Shown here: positions 9,770 to 17,967 of the stretch, piece by piece | How positions within the stretch are numbered: the first letter of the stretch is position 1 | How the letters are laid out: each line of letters opens with the position of its first letter | DNA from: Nitrospirota bacterium | GTDB lineage: Bacteria > Nitrospirota > UBA9217 | Direction: 5' to 3' | Assembly (NCBI GenBank): GCA_963751455.1 | Contig: CAVVUN010000001.1 | Location: 384,001-448,000, forward strand | DNA length: 64,000 nucleotides | Translations under genes and position numbers: made by a program | The notes under the pieces: model-generated | What the model was told of the DNA's origin: nothing | What the model saw: the letters and a program-made list of their open reading frames with translations, nothing else | Database searches by the model: none

Positions 9770-10042
9770 GTGGCGACGATTGTAATATTGAGCATACCAG
9801 GTTAATTGCTTTCTCATTACATCGGATATTCCCTGCTTTCCACTTTTAAACAGAAGGTGGACATGATTCGTCATGAGCACCCAAGCGTATATCTTCGCAT
9901 TTGCCGCTGTAATGTTCTTTTCTAGTCGGCTCAGAAACAGGGCGCGGTCCTGGTCGTCATCAAATATTGTTGCTTTATTTATCCCACGCAACATGAGGTG
10001 ATGAAGCGCTCCAGGTGCATCAAGTCTCGCTTGCCTTGGCAT
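9770..10042 (-). pseudogene. Y1/HUH transposase (IS200-like, RAYT-type), 5' part truncated by IS3
   Basis: MPRQARLDAPGALHHLMLRGIN...AWVLMTNHVHLL...YYNRRH, then runs into the IS end. Confidence 0.85.
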
Positions 10043-10266
10043 GGTGCGAGTCTATATTATTCATATAATACTTGTCAACACCATTTGTCCATTTCGGTCA
10101 CTACGTCCCCTAAGTTATCTTTGACCGGAACTTTCGCCACGAGTGCTGGATAGGCGTGAAAGGTTTCGTGTGTGAAAGCTTTGTCAACGATGTCCGCGAA
10201 CCTTGAACAGTTGTATTCGCTACTTCGATTTATTGTTGGGTCGCCTGATCTCATATTGTTTTGAAG

Positions 10267-10325
10267 GTATAACCAGCGCCTGACGCGCCGTCTTTGGCGC
10301 GTCGCTGTCCAGGCGCTTGTTGGAA
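10267..10325 (-). other. attC-like site (59 bp)
   Basis: Minus strand TTCCAAC-AAGCGCCTGGACAGCGACGCGCC-loop-GGCGCGTCAGGCGCTG-GTTATAC; imperfect palindrome with extrahelical bases. Confidence 0.7.
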
Positions 10326-10398
10326 TTTTCATCTGATCGTCATCTTGAGAATCTATTGTCAACACCAAAGATTCGACCCCCAATACGTTCCCAAAAAG

Positions 10399-10529
10399 AT
10401 AATCCCGGGGCTGAGCCATGACCCGTAGGGTCATTGGTCTCGTGCCCGTTGTTCTCCCGGCGGTTCGTGCCGGGAGATGGGCACATGGCTCAGCCCCGGG
10501 ATTCTCGCGGCGCGAAGCGCCGGGAGAAC
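10399..10529 (-). ncRNA. Structured non-coding element, copy A
   Basis: 18-bp perfect stem ATCCCGGGGCTGAGCCAT closing a three-way junction; cUACGg tetraloop on minus strand; second copy at 11002-11141. Confidence 0.55.
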
Positions 10530-10574
10530 GCGAAGATGAGCCCTGTTTCGTGGGGGTCGATCTTTTGGTTGGAT
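10523..10574 (-). other. Short attC-like site (52 bp)
   Basis: ATCCAAC-CAAAAGATCGACCC...GGGCTCATCTTCGC-GTT, 10 nt after the stop of the 10585 gene. Confidence 0.55.
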
Positions 10575-10584
10575 CATTTCTGTT

Positions 10585-10929
10585 TTATTGAGGTGGAGCT
10601 ATGCGTGATTTTTTTCGTATATCATTCTTGGACTGTGGTGTCTCTTTCTTTTCTATTGGATTCAATTGGTGAGATTGCACCTTATCAGGAGGTACGGCCA
10701 TTGGAGTAGATGGTGTTTTATGAAAAAACTCAGAATACACAAGGGCGAGAGTTAAAATGAGAATGATAGCGGTCATGTATAGCATAAGCTTATCGTTTCT
10801 AATTTGCCTTCTATTAAATTCTGATCGAGCAGCAGTCCTTACATCATTGGGGTATTTGTTAAAATCTGTTGAATTTATGATTTCAATTAACTGATGATCA
10901 TGTTTTTTCGTCCAATTATGATCAGTCAT
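10585..10929 (-). CDS. Small single-TM hypothetical protein (cassette-like)
   Basis: AGGAG RBS, MTDHNW start, hydrophobic LMLYMTAIILILTLALVY; low GC. Confidence 0.65.
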   Translation of the reverse strand: MTDHNWTKKHDHQLIEIINSTDFNKYPNDVRTAARSEFNRRQIRNDKLMLYMTAIILILTLALVYSEFFHKTPSTPMAVPPDKVQSHQLNPIEKKETPQSKNDIRKKSRIAPPQ

Positions 10930-10954
10930 GATGCTGTCTCCTGTGTTTTTTGAT

Positions 10955-11002
10955 GTTGTGGCCAGCTCAGCGGCGAAGACCGACTGGAGCCCGTGGTTGG
11001 AA
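10955..11002 (-). other. Degenerate attC-like site
   Basis: TTCCAAC-CACGGGCTCCAGTCGG...CCGCTGAGC has a typical L-box, but the closing GTT is missing. Confidence 0.4.
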
Positions 11003-11141
11003 TAATCCCGGGGCTGAGCCATGAATCCGAAGGATCATTGGTCTCGTGCCCCTGGTTTCCCGGCGCGCCTTTAGCTTGCGCCGGGTTAGGGGCACATGGC
11101 TCAGCCCCGGGGATTCTCGCGGCGCGTAGCGCCGGGAGAAC
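11002..11141 (-). ncRNA. Structured non-coding element, copy B
   Basis: Same stems and GAGACCAAT junction as copy A; cUUCGg tetraloop; different sequence in the variable hairpin. Confidence 0.55.
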
Positions 11142-11191
11142 ACGCGGGTAACTCGCCGCAAGGCGAGTCGATGTTGACGCGCTAGTTATGC
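11135..11191 (-). other. attC-like site (57 bp)
   Basis: GCATAAC-TAGCGCGTCAACATCGACTCGCC-TTGC-GGCGAGTTACCCGCGT-GTT; same architecture as the 10267 site; 19 nt after the HNH stop. Confidence 0.65.
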
Positions 11192-11210
11192 ACTCGGCAA
11201 CCGTAGCCAA

Positions 11211-12209
11211 TTAGATAATAATTCTCTTGCTTACTGACATGAGCTTACTAACTTGTTTTGTTTCAATATCAAAATGATGGCCTGATTTGAGAGGTATCCA
11301 AATGCCGCTAAAATTATCGCAAAGAGTCACGCCATAAGTATAAGTGTTAAATAAACTAACTTTACTAAAAAGTTTGCTGTGATTCCATTCGACGGTGATC
11401 AGATGTCCGTTAGTTGTTTTAATTTTCATCGTTTGGTCATAATAGAGTATGGGAGACTGGTTCACATTTAAATATCGGCGGCAATCACCTTGGTCATATC
11501 TAATAAATCGTCGTATTTCGTGGAAGTTTTCAGAGAACATGAAATGTTTTCCAGCAACATAGGCGAGATAATTGAAGGCGATTTTGCAGAAGCCTCTCAT
11601 TATCACGCGATCAATCGTTACTTCCATTTCTATAGGTATTCTCCCGTCTGGTAGTTGCTTCTTTTCTAAGTAATCCTTGTCAGCGATTTCGATGCCTTTT
11701 CCTCGAAGCAATGATATTAATTCATCTATTTCTCGACCTTCTTCCGCGACAAGCCAAATCGTGGTTCCTTTCTTTAGATAGCCCCGTTCGATAAGCTCTT
11801 CCTTTGAGGGAATATTATCAGGAGTAAAATAATGATACTCGTCTTCATTGGCATTATAGAATCCCACTTGAACGGATTTCTCTACCCCTAACTCATTAAC
11901 TCCACAAGGTCGTTCTTCTACAACGAGCCCCTTCCAGTCACCCTCTTTTATTTTACTTTTTACTCTTCTTCGCCTAGCAAGCGGAGCTTTGGGCTTTAAA
12001 CCGTGTCTTAATCGTTCGACACCCTCAAATGAATCTCGTCCCAAAAACAACTCTATTTTGTCACCGAAATATTGATTGCAATCATCACAAATGGTCTCAT
12101 ATAGGAGAAGATTATCTGGGGAGAACAGTCCGAAAGACTGCGGAATCACATGTTCTCTTTTTTGAAAATCAGATTTCTTCTTGTCCTCTAAACAATATAT
12201 GCATCGCAT
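11211..12209 (-). CDS. HNH endonuclease-domain protein (cassette-like)
   Basis: MRCIYC...EHVIPQSFG...CDDCNQYFG; AT-rich; bounded by attC-like sites. Confidence 0.8.
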   Translation of the reverse strand: MRCIYCLEDKKKSDFQKREHVIPQSFGLFSPDNLLLYETICDDCNQYFGDKIELFLGRDSFEGVERLRHGLKPKAPLARRRRVKSKIKEGDWKGLVVEERPCGVNELGVEKSVQVGFYNANEDEYHYFTPDNIPSKEELIERGYLKKGTTIWLVAEEGREIDELISLLRGKGIEIADKDYLEKKQLPDGRIPIEMEVTIDRVIMRGFCKIAFNYLAYVAGKHFMFSENFHEIRRFIRYDQGDCRRYLNVNQSPILYYDQTMKIKTTNGHLITVEWNHSKLFSKVSLFNTYTYGVTLCDNFSGIWIPLKSGHHFDIETKQVSKLMSVSKRIII

Positions 12210-12222
12210 AAGCGATATCTCA

Positions 12223-12281
12223 GTACAACAATGAGTTGAGCCCCGCGCTTTAAAGCGCGGGACTCGAACGAGTCGTTAACA
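12223..12281 (-). other. attC-like site (59 bp)
   Basis: TGTTAAC-GACTCGTTCGAGTCCCGCGC-TTTAAA-GCGCGGGGCTCAACTCATT-GTTGTAC; unpaired spacer and one extrahelical base. Confidence 0.75.
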
Positions 12282-12291
12282 CTTTCTCTTC

Positions 12292-13362
12292 TTAATCCGC
12301 CGTTCGAACGCTCGCCACGATGGAACGCAATAAACCTTCGTCTATTTTTCCCATTTCCCCTGGTTGACTGATGAAGAATTGCATTCCACGCTTTTTATAG
12401 GCAATTATGATTTCCGCGACTGATTTATTTCCTCTGATACCCTGTAATACAATCCCTCTCAAATTAACGCTGTAAATCTCGTACACTTTAGCGTCCAACA
12501 GATTTTTAAAAAAGGTAGAATTATTAAGTCTCGGAATGAGGCCATACCTTGCGTTGTATCCCAAGCGAAAAAAATCAAAATCATCCCGAATTCCTACTAC
12601 ATAGGCAAGAAATGTTCTCCATTTGATATCCGAATCTTCTAGCAAACCGGGGCCGACCTTGATCCTCATTTTATTTCGACTATCTTCAAAAGAATGCCAC
12701 GATTTTTCTTCTTTCGTTTCCACTAAACTGACAGGCAAAGTGAAATAGAAACCGTTAACTTGATAGCGATTGCCAACAATAGGTTTTACTTCGGTCAACC
12801 AATCTTTTTTCTCAACAGTAACATCCTCAGAAGGGCCAACTTGGTTCATGGTGTAAAAATAATTTCCCAAGGCGATAACGATTAACAGTAAACAAATGGA
12901 GGTAACAATTACGAGCCGTTTTCGATATGATTCTTTATGGATAATGACGGATGGAAGACGGTTTTGAAATTCATTTTCTGCATGTACAGCTTGTTCTGGG
13001 CTTAACCCCATCGCCAATGAATAAATCTGGAGCTTGCCTGTCTTTACATTTACATTAAACCCTCTCAAAACATGATTTATAGAAATCGATTGTATTTTGT
13101 CGTACGGAATCCGTACCCGAAAAGATTTTAAGATCAGCTTTTTATCATCGTCAAATTCAAAATAGTTGGTTAAGCGGGTTAGTGCTAAAGCGATAAGATT
13201 CACAGCGGTCAATACTATAAATATCATTGCAAATAAATGAACAAAGGCTGTTCCCATAATCGGGAACGAAAATAAGAACGCGAAGATAGCAACGAATACA
13301 ATACTTTCTTTGATTGAATAAGCATTACCAAGTATTTTTTCGCGATTTGTCTGATTTGACAT
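12292..13362 (-). CDS. Hypothetical membrane protein (about 3 TM, cassette-like)
   Basis: 356-aa AT-rich ORF ending 10 nt before an attC-like site. Confidence 0.7.
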   Translation of the reverse strand: MSNQTNREKILGNAYSIKESIVFVAIFAFLFSFPIMGTAFVHLFAMIFIVLTAVNLIALALTRLTNYFEFDDDKKLILKSFRVRIPYDKIQSISINHVLRGFNVNVKTGKLQIYSLAMGLSPEQAVHAENEFQNRLPSVIIHKESYRKRLVIVTSICLLLIVIALGNYFYTMNQVGPSEDVTVEKKDWLTEVKPIVGNRYQVNGFYFTLPVSLVETKEEKSWHSFEDSRNKMRIKVGPGLLEDSDIKWRTFLAYVVGIRDDFDFFRLGYNARYGLIPRLNNSTFFKNLLDAKVYEIYSVNLRGIVLQGIRGNKSVAEIIIAYKKRGMQFFISQPGEMGKIDEGLLRSIVASVRTAD

Positions 13363-13793
13363 TTAGACCTTTCAGAAAGGAGTTAACAAGTATTTGAAGG
13401 GACGGAAACCGTCCCGGCATTTCCGAAAATCCTGTAATACTGGGGTGAAAAGTTATATCATGACGCACTATATTGCAGAAGCCGGCAGGTAATAATCGAT
13501 CGTAAAAAGTACGGAAATTCGGATTTACTGGGATGAACATTATTCAACTTTATCTTCGGGAAGTATATTTTATGCGAGTCTGAGTGTCAAGGTGAAGTTT
13601 GAAAGTTCCATTCAATAGGGAATGTTCGATATAAATTTTTGAATGAAACCTTCATGGTTGCGAGGTCTTGAAACACCAAAATTTCAGGAAGAAATCTATA
13701 TTTATCCGAAATAACGGTCAACAGGATGAAGTGTGAAGAGAGGCGCCTGAAGGCGGATGATCGAATGTCTGGATTGTGGCGAACAGCATTCGC

Positions 13794-13946
13794 TCAACGG
13801 GGCTTCTTTTTCTTTATCTCTGCAAGCACGCCTGCAGGGATGGGCCGTCATCCGCATTTTTTGGCGTGTGCCGCATGCCAGCGTATTCTTTCTTCAAGTG
13901 AAGCCTTCTGAGGCATCTTATTCGCCGTATGCCATTCTTTATTCAT
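13794..13946 (-). CDS. Candidate 50-aa selenoprotein (C-G-U motif), absent from the ORF track
   Basis: AGGAG RBS; MNKEWHTANKMPQKASLEERIRWHAAHAKKCG-TGA-RPIPAGVLAEIKKKKPR*; hairpin CTGCAGG-CGTG-CTTGCAG starting 10 nt after the TGA. Confidence 0.6.
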
Positions 13947-14041
13947 CACCGACTCTCCTGCATTCGCTGCGAATTGAAACACTTAACGAGGCAAAGTCTC
14001 AGACCCGCTGAAGTATGAATTCAAGATCAAAAGCGGTCTCT

Positions 14042-14126
14042 CGCAAAGCCGCAAAGGTCACAAAGAAACCCTTTTTTGGTCTGGATTTTAAAATCAAATG
14101 ATTGGGCCTTTCTTTGCGGCTTTGCG
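14042..14126. repeat. Intergenic palindromic element
   Basis: CGCAAAGCCGCAAAG (14042-14056) and its perfect reverse complement (14112-14126). Confidence 0.75.
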
Positions 14127-14245
14127 CCTGGTTTTATGATTGATTCAAAAACTTGACTTAAAATTAAAGATCTTGGTTTTTAAAATACTTTAACACTCAA
14201 TCAGTGGACATCATTTATGTATGAACAGGGAAAAATAATTGACGG

Positions 14246-14665
14246 CTACGGAGAACCGGACCACGGATTAATGACCTCAAGACCAGGGTAATCGAAATCC
14301 TTGACGTTATGCGTCACGAGCCGCAAGTCGTGATGCAGCGCGGTAGCCGCAAGAAGGCTGTCTATTGTGGGAACCGATCTTCGAACTTCCGCCAGCAGAC
14401 GCCCCCAACGGTCGGCGACCGCAAGGTCGACCGGGAGGACCCGTTCCTCAAACCATCCCGGAAGTTCGTGATCAAACCAGATTCGCAGCTTTTCACGACG
14501 TTTCTTGTCCGTCAACGCCTCGATGCCTTTGCTTATCTCTCCCAGCGTGAGCACGCTGATAAAGAGCGCTTCACCCGGGACCTGGTCGAGCCATGCTATC
14601 ACCGCCTTGTCCGGGTTGCGCCTGACAGCCTCCGACACAACGTTCGTATCCAGCAGAAAGCTCAT
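14246..14665 (-). CDS. vapC: VapC PIN-domain toxin
   Basis: FLLDTNVVSE...D.LLAATA...LVTHNVKDF...INPW. Confidence 0.92.
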   Translation of the reverse strand: MSFLLDTNVVSEAVRRNPDKAVIAWLDQVPGEALFISVLTLGEISKGIEALTDKKRREKLRIWFDHELPGWFEERVLPVDLAVADRWGRLLAEVRRSVPTIDSLLAATALHHDLRLVTHNVKDFDYPGLEVINPWSGSP

Positions 14666-14913
14666 GCGACATCCGCCTCCCGCGTGAGCGTTTGTTGACG
14701 TTCGATATCAAGCTCCACACCGTAAAGCGGCGAGCGTCGCATGAATTTCAGAAAGCTCTCCGGCGGATGCTTGAGACGTTCATACTCCTTGCTCGAAATG
14801 ACAACGGCACTCGGTTCCCCGTGAACAGTGATCATCTGCGGACCGTCCTTCACGGCCTTCTTGATAACCTCGCTCAGGCGGGCCTTTGCTTCCTGCAGCT
14901 GCCAACTGGTCAT
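14662..14913 (-). CDS. Phd/YefM antitoxin
   Basis: WQLQEAKARLSEVIKKA...GPQMITVHG; 4-nt overlap with vapC. Confidence 0.9.
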   Translation of the reverse strand: MTSWQLQEAKARLSEVIKKAVKDGPQMITVHGEPSAVVISSKEYERLKHPPESFLKFMRRSPLYGVELDIERQQTLTREADVA

Positions 14914-15110
14914 ATACGCCTCCTATTTTGGTCAGTCTAGTCAGACTCAATAATAGCACCGGGATTGAGAATTGTCAAGACCGCGGATGCCGGGTATGGA
15001 GAACGGAATTACAAGAGATAGGGTCAAGGGTCAAGCAGGCAATCAGCAGGAACCGGTTTGTATCGCGAACATGAAATAGTAAGATCAACCACGGATTGAT
15101 AATGTCAAAA

Positions 15111-15447
15111 TCATAGTCCGTTCAGAAATTGCGTCACAACCAGCAGGACGGTGAGCGCGATGAGAATGTAGACCGTGGTCCAGGTGATGATGTTCATCCG
15201 TCTGGAGTTGACGTTCTCTCCCATGATCGATTTGTCGTTCACAAGCTTGAGCATGATGATCAGCACGACCGGCAGGAGTATCCCGTTAATGGTCTGGGAC
15301 ACGAACATGATCTTGATGAGCGGCGCTCCGGGCAGAAGGATCGCTCCGGCGCCGATCACGATAAATGCCGTATAAAAAACCGAGAAACTGGGGCGCTTCC
15401 TTGAAACTCTTGCTGACCCCGGATTCCCAGCCGAAGGCCTCTGACAG
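15111..15447 (-). pseudogene. Displaced allelic 3' end of the Nramp-family gene
   Basis: Near-identical to 16589-16924 including the stop codon; mostly synonymous changes and one extra A near 15375. Confidence 0.92.
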
Positions 15448-15688
15448 TAATATCGTACTGATCTGGCTTGATCTGAAAAACAACAGCAAATGGGAATGTC
15501 ATCGTAAGACAGCGGCGAACGCCATCTTCGATTTCAGGGTATAGGAGAGGATTGATTTGGATTCTGTTGAGGGCGTCTTGAACTAACGTAAGAAAGCGCT
15601 TCCCGAGGTCCTTCTGCTGGCTCTCGTAAAACTTGGCCGCAGAAATCATCTCGGCCTCGGCTTCAGGATGGAAGCGAACGGGTTTCAT
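15448..15688 (-). pseudogene. RelE/ParE-family toxin, C-terminally truncated; frame runs on into the Nramp remnant to 15356
   Basis: MKPVRFHPEAEAEMISAAKFYE...LGKRF...RRCL..FPF; similarity stops at the junction. Confidence 0.8.
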
Positions 15689-15915
15689 CCGAGGGCTGCA
15701 AAGCCTCTGGCAAATACATCCGCGGCCTCACGCAACTCTACTGATCCTTCATCTATCTCGCGACAGCGCTTGCGTATTTCGTCTCGCCATGCAGACGACA
15801 AAGTAAATTCATGTTCGGAATCGAGGCTTTCGATAAGTTTTTCCGCTACGAAAGCACGCGCTTGCGGGGAAAGAGAAAGAACTTCCGCTATGATTTCATC
15901 AATCGTTGTTTTCAT
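15685..15915 (-). CDS. Addiction-module antitoxin
   Basis: LSLSPQARAFVAEKLIESLD...AWRDEIRKR...IDEG; 4-nt overlap with the toxin. Confidence 0.82.
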   Translation of the reverse strand: MKTTIDEIIAEVLSLSPQARAFVAEKLIESLDSEHEFTLSSAWRDEIRKRCREIDEGSVELREAADVFARGFAALG

Positions 15916-16098
15916 AGGAATATTATATACCGGTACTCCGCGTAGGTCAAACGTTTTAAGTGGAGAGTGTTTTCAAGGATACTGCTCCTTGTATCGCGCC
16001 ATTTCGCCTCCGTTACATGGGGTATTGATGATTCCTTACAGCGTACGGAATTACAGATCGCTACCCTTGGAACGGCCATCGGAGACATGAACAACGGA

Positions 16099-16500
16099 CT
16101 ACTTCTGTTTCAGCACATCCCTGATCTCGGCAAGAAGCACTTCTTCCCTGGACGGAGCATGAGGCTGTGAGGGCGCCTCTTTTTCCTGCCTCTTGAGTGA
16201 GTTCATGCCTTTGACGACCATGAAGATCGCAAAGGCAATGATGACGAAGTCTACGAGTGACTGAATGAACTTGCCGTAGTTCAGCGTAACAGCCGCGGCG
16301 TCTCCGGTCGCCTCCTTCAGGGTGATTGCAAGGTCTGCGAAATTTATCTTGCCGAGCAGCATGCCGATAGGCGGCATGATGACATCGGCGACGAGCGACG
16401 ATACGATCTTTCCGAACGCTGCACCGATAACGATACCTACTGCCATATCGGCTACGTTGCCTCGCATGGCAAATGCCCTGAACTCTTTTATCATTCCCAT
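16099..16500 (-). CDS. mscL: Large-conductance mechanosensitive channel
   Basis: [32 protein letters not shown]...LLAEIRDVL. Confidence 0.97.
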   Translation of the reverse strand: MGMIKEFRAFAMRGNVADMAVGIVIGAAFGKIVSSLVADVIMPPIGMLLGKINFADLAITLKEATGDAAAVTLNYGKFIQSLVDFVIIAFAIFMVVKGMNSLKRQEKEAPSQPHAPSREEVLLAEIRDVLKQK

Positions 16501-16588
16501 GATTTTACCCTCCTCAAGTCGACACGACCTTACCGGGTTAGACTAAGACAACAACCAGAAAGTTCGGTTTTACACGGCCACAGACAGA

Positions 16589-17845
16589 TCATAGTCCGTC
16601 CAGAAAGTTCGTCACAACCAGCAGGACGGTGAGCGCGATAAGAATGTAGACCGTGGTCCAGGTGATGATGTTCATCCGTCTGGAGTTGACGTACTCTCCC
16701 ATGATGGATTTGTCGTTCACGAGCTTGAGCATGATGATCAGCACGATCGGCAGGAGTATCCCGTTAATGGTCTGGGACACGAACATGATCTTGATGAGCG
16801 GCGCTCCGGGCAGAAGGATCGCTCCGGCGCCGATCACGATAAATGCCGTATAAAAGCCGAGAAACTGGGGCGCTTCCTTGAAACTCTTGCTGATCCCCGA
16901 CTCCCATCCGAAAGCCTCTGATAGCCCGTACGCAGTTGCCAAAGGCAGCACGAACGCGGCCAGAACCGAGGCGTTCAGGAGGCCGAGAGCGAACAGGTGC
17001 GAAGCAAAATCGCCGGCCAACGGTTCAAGCGCCCGGGCAGCGTCCTCGGCCGAGTTAACGATGACTCCGGCAGGATGAAGTATGGTCCCAGTCGCAAGAA
17101 TGATGAAAAAAGCGATGAACACGGTCATGAACGACCCGGCATACACGTCGAACCTTGCAAAACCGTATTCCTCTATGCGAACGCCCTTGTCCACGACGGC
17201 GGACTGAAGATAAAACTGCATATAGGGCGTAATCGTGGTCCCGACCATGGTGATAAAGAGCAATATATAGTCCTTGTCCATTCTGATACTCGGCACCGCG
17301 ATCTGCTTGGCGACTTCTGACCAAGCCGGCTTGGCCATGAACCCGGAAACCACGTACGTAAGGTAAATCAGGCTGATTCCGATGAGAAATCGTTCTACCT
17401 GCTTGAAGTTACCCTTCACGACAACAAACCAGACGATAAAGGCGGAGGCCGGAACGGAAAGGTATTTGCTCACATGGAAGAGTTCCATGCTTGCGGCAAT
17501 CCCTGCGAATTCGGCTATGGTTACGGTGAGATTGGCGAATATGAAAAGAGCCATTACGGCAAGCGTAACTTTGACGCCGAATTGTTCGCGTACGAGGTCG
17601 CCGAACCCCTTCCCTGTCACGACGCCCATCCTGGATGACATCTCCTGAACAACTGCAAGAGCAACCGTAATAAGTACGAGCGCCCACAGGAGTCCGTACC
17701 CTTCACGGGCCCCGACAATCGAATACGTTGCTATGCCGCCGGCGTCATTTCCCGCGTTCCCGGCAATGAAACCCGGCCCGATTATGCCGAATAGCACAAT
17801 GATTCCGGGAAACTTCATATTTTTGATTCTCTCGAGCAGTTTCAC
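16589..17845 (-). CDS. Nramp-family divalent cation transporter (probably Mg2+-type)
   Basis: GPGFIAGNAGNDAGGIATYS in place of DPGN; GTTITPYMQF; GTG start after GAGG; next to MgtE-like gene. Confidence 0.88.
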   Translation of the reverse strand: MKLLERIKNMKFPGIIVLFGIIGPGFIAGNAGNDAGGIATYSIVGAREGYGLLWALVLITVALAVVQEMSSRMGVVTGKGFGDLVREQFGVKVTLAVMALFIFANLTVTIAEFAGIAASMELFHVSKYLSVPASAFIVWFVVVKGNFKQVERFLIGISLIYLTYVVSGFMAKPAWSEVAKQIAVPSIRMDKDYILLFITMVGTTITPYMQFYLQSAVVDKGVRIEEYGFARFDVYAGSFMTVFIAFFIILATGTILHPAGVIVNSAEDAARALEPLAGDFASHLFALGLLNASVLAAFVLPLATAYGLSEAFGWESGISKSFKEAPQFLGFYTAFIVIGAGAILLPGAPLIKIMFVSQTINGILLPIVLIIMLKLVNDKSIMGEYVNSRRMNIITWTTVYILIALTVLLVVTNFLDGL

Positions 17846-17967
17846 GCAAACCTCAGAGGGCAGCCTTTGGAAGAGAAAAACTTGCATAGCGCAGAGCGCA
17901 TGGCGCATGGGGTAAATCTGCAATATTTGGCGCTCTGCTCTATGCTCTATGCGCTTACAGTTTATCT

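Noticed and set aside
10075-10434. ORFs overlapping the structured repeats and attC-like sites (also 10434-10709, 10926-11210)
   Set aside because: They translate palindromic non-coding DNA and lack an RBS or protein-like features
10399-11141. Hammerhead ribozyme call for the repeated three-way junction
   Set aside because: No CUGANGA and GAAA core in the required arrangement on either strand
13380-13460. Additional attC/attI site upstream of the 12292-13362 gene
   Set aside because: A GTTAAC core and a small hairpin are present, but I could not build a convincing paired attC structure
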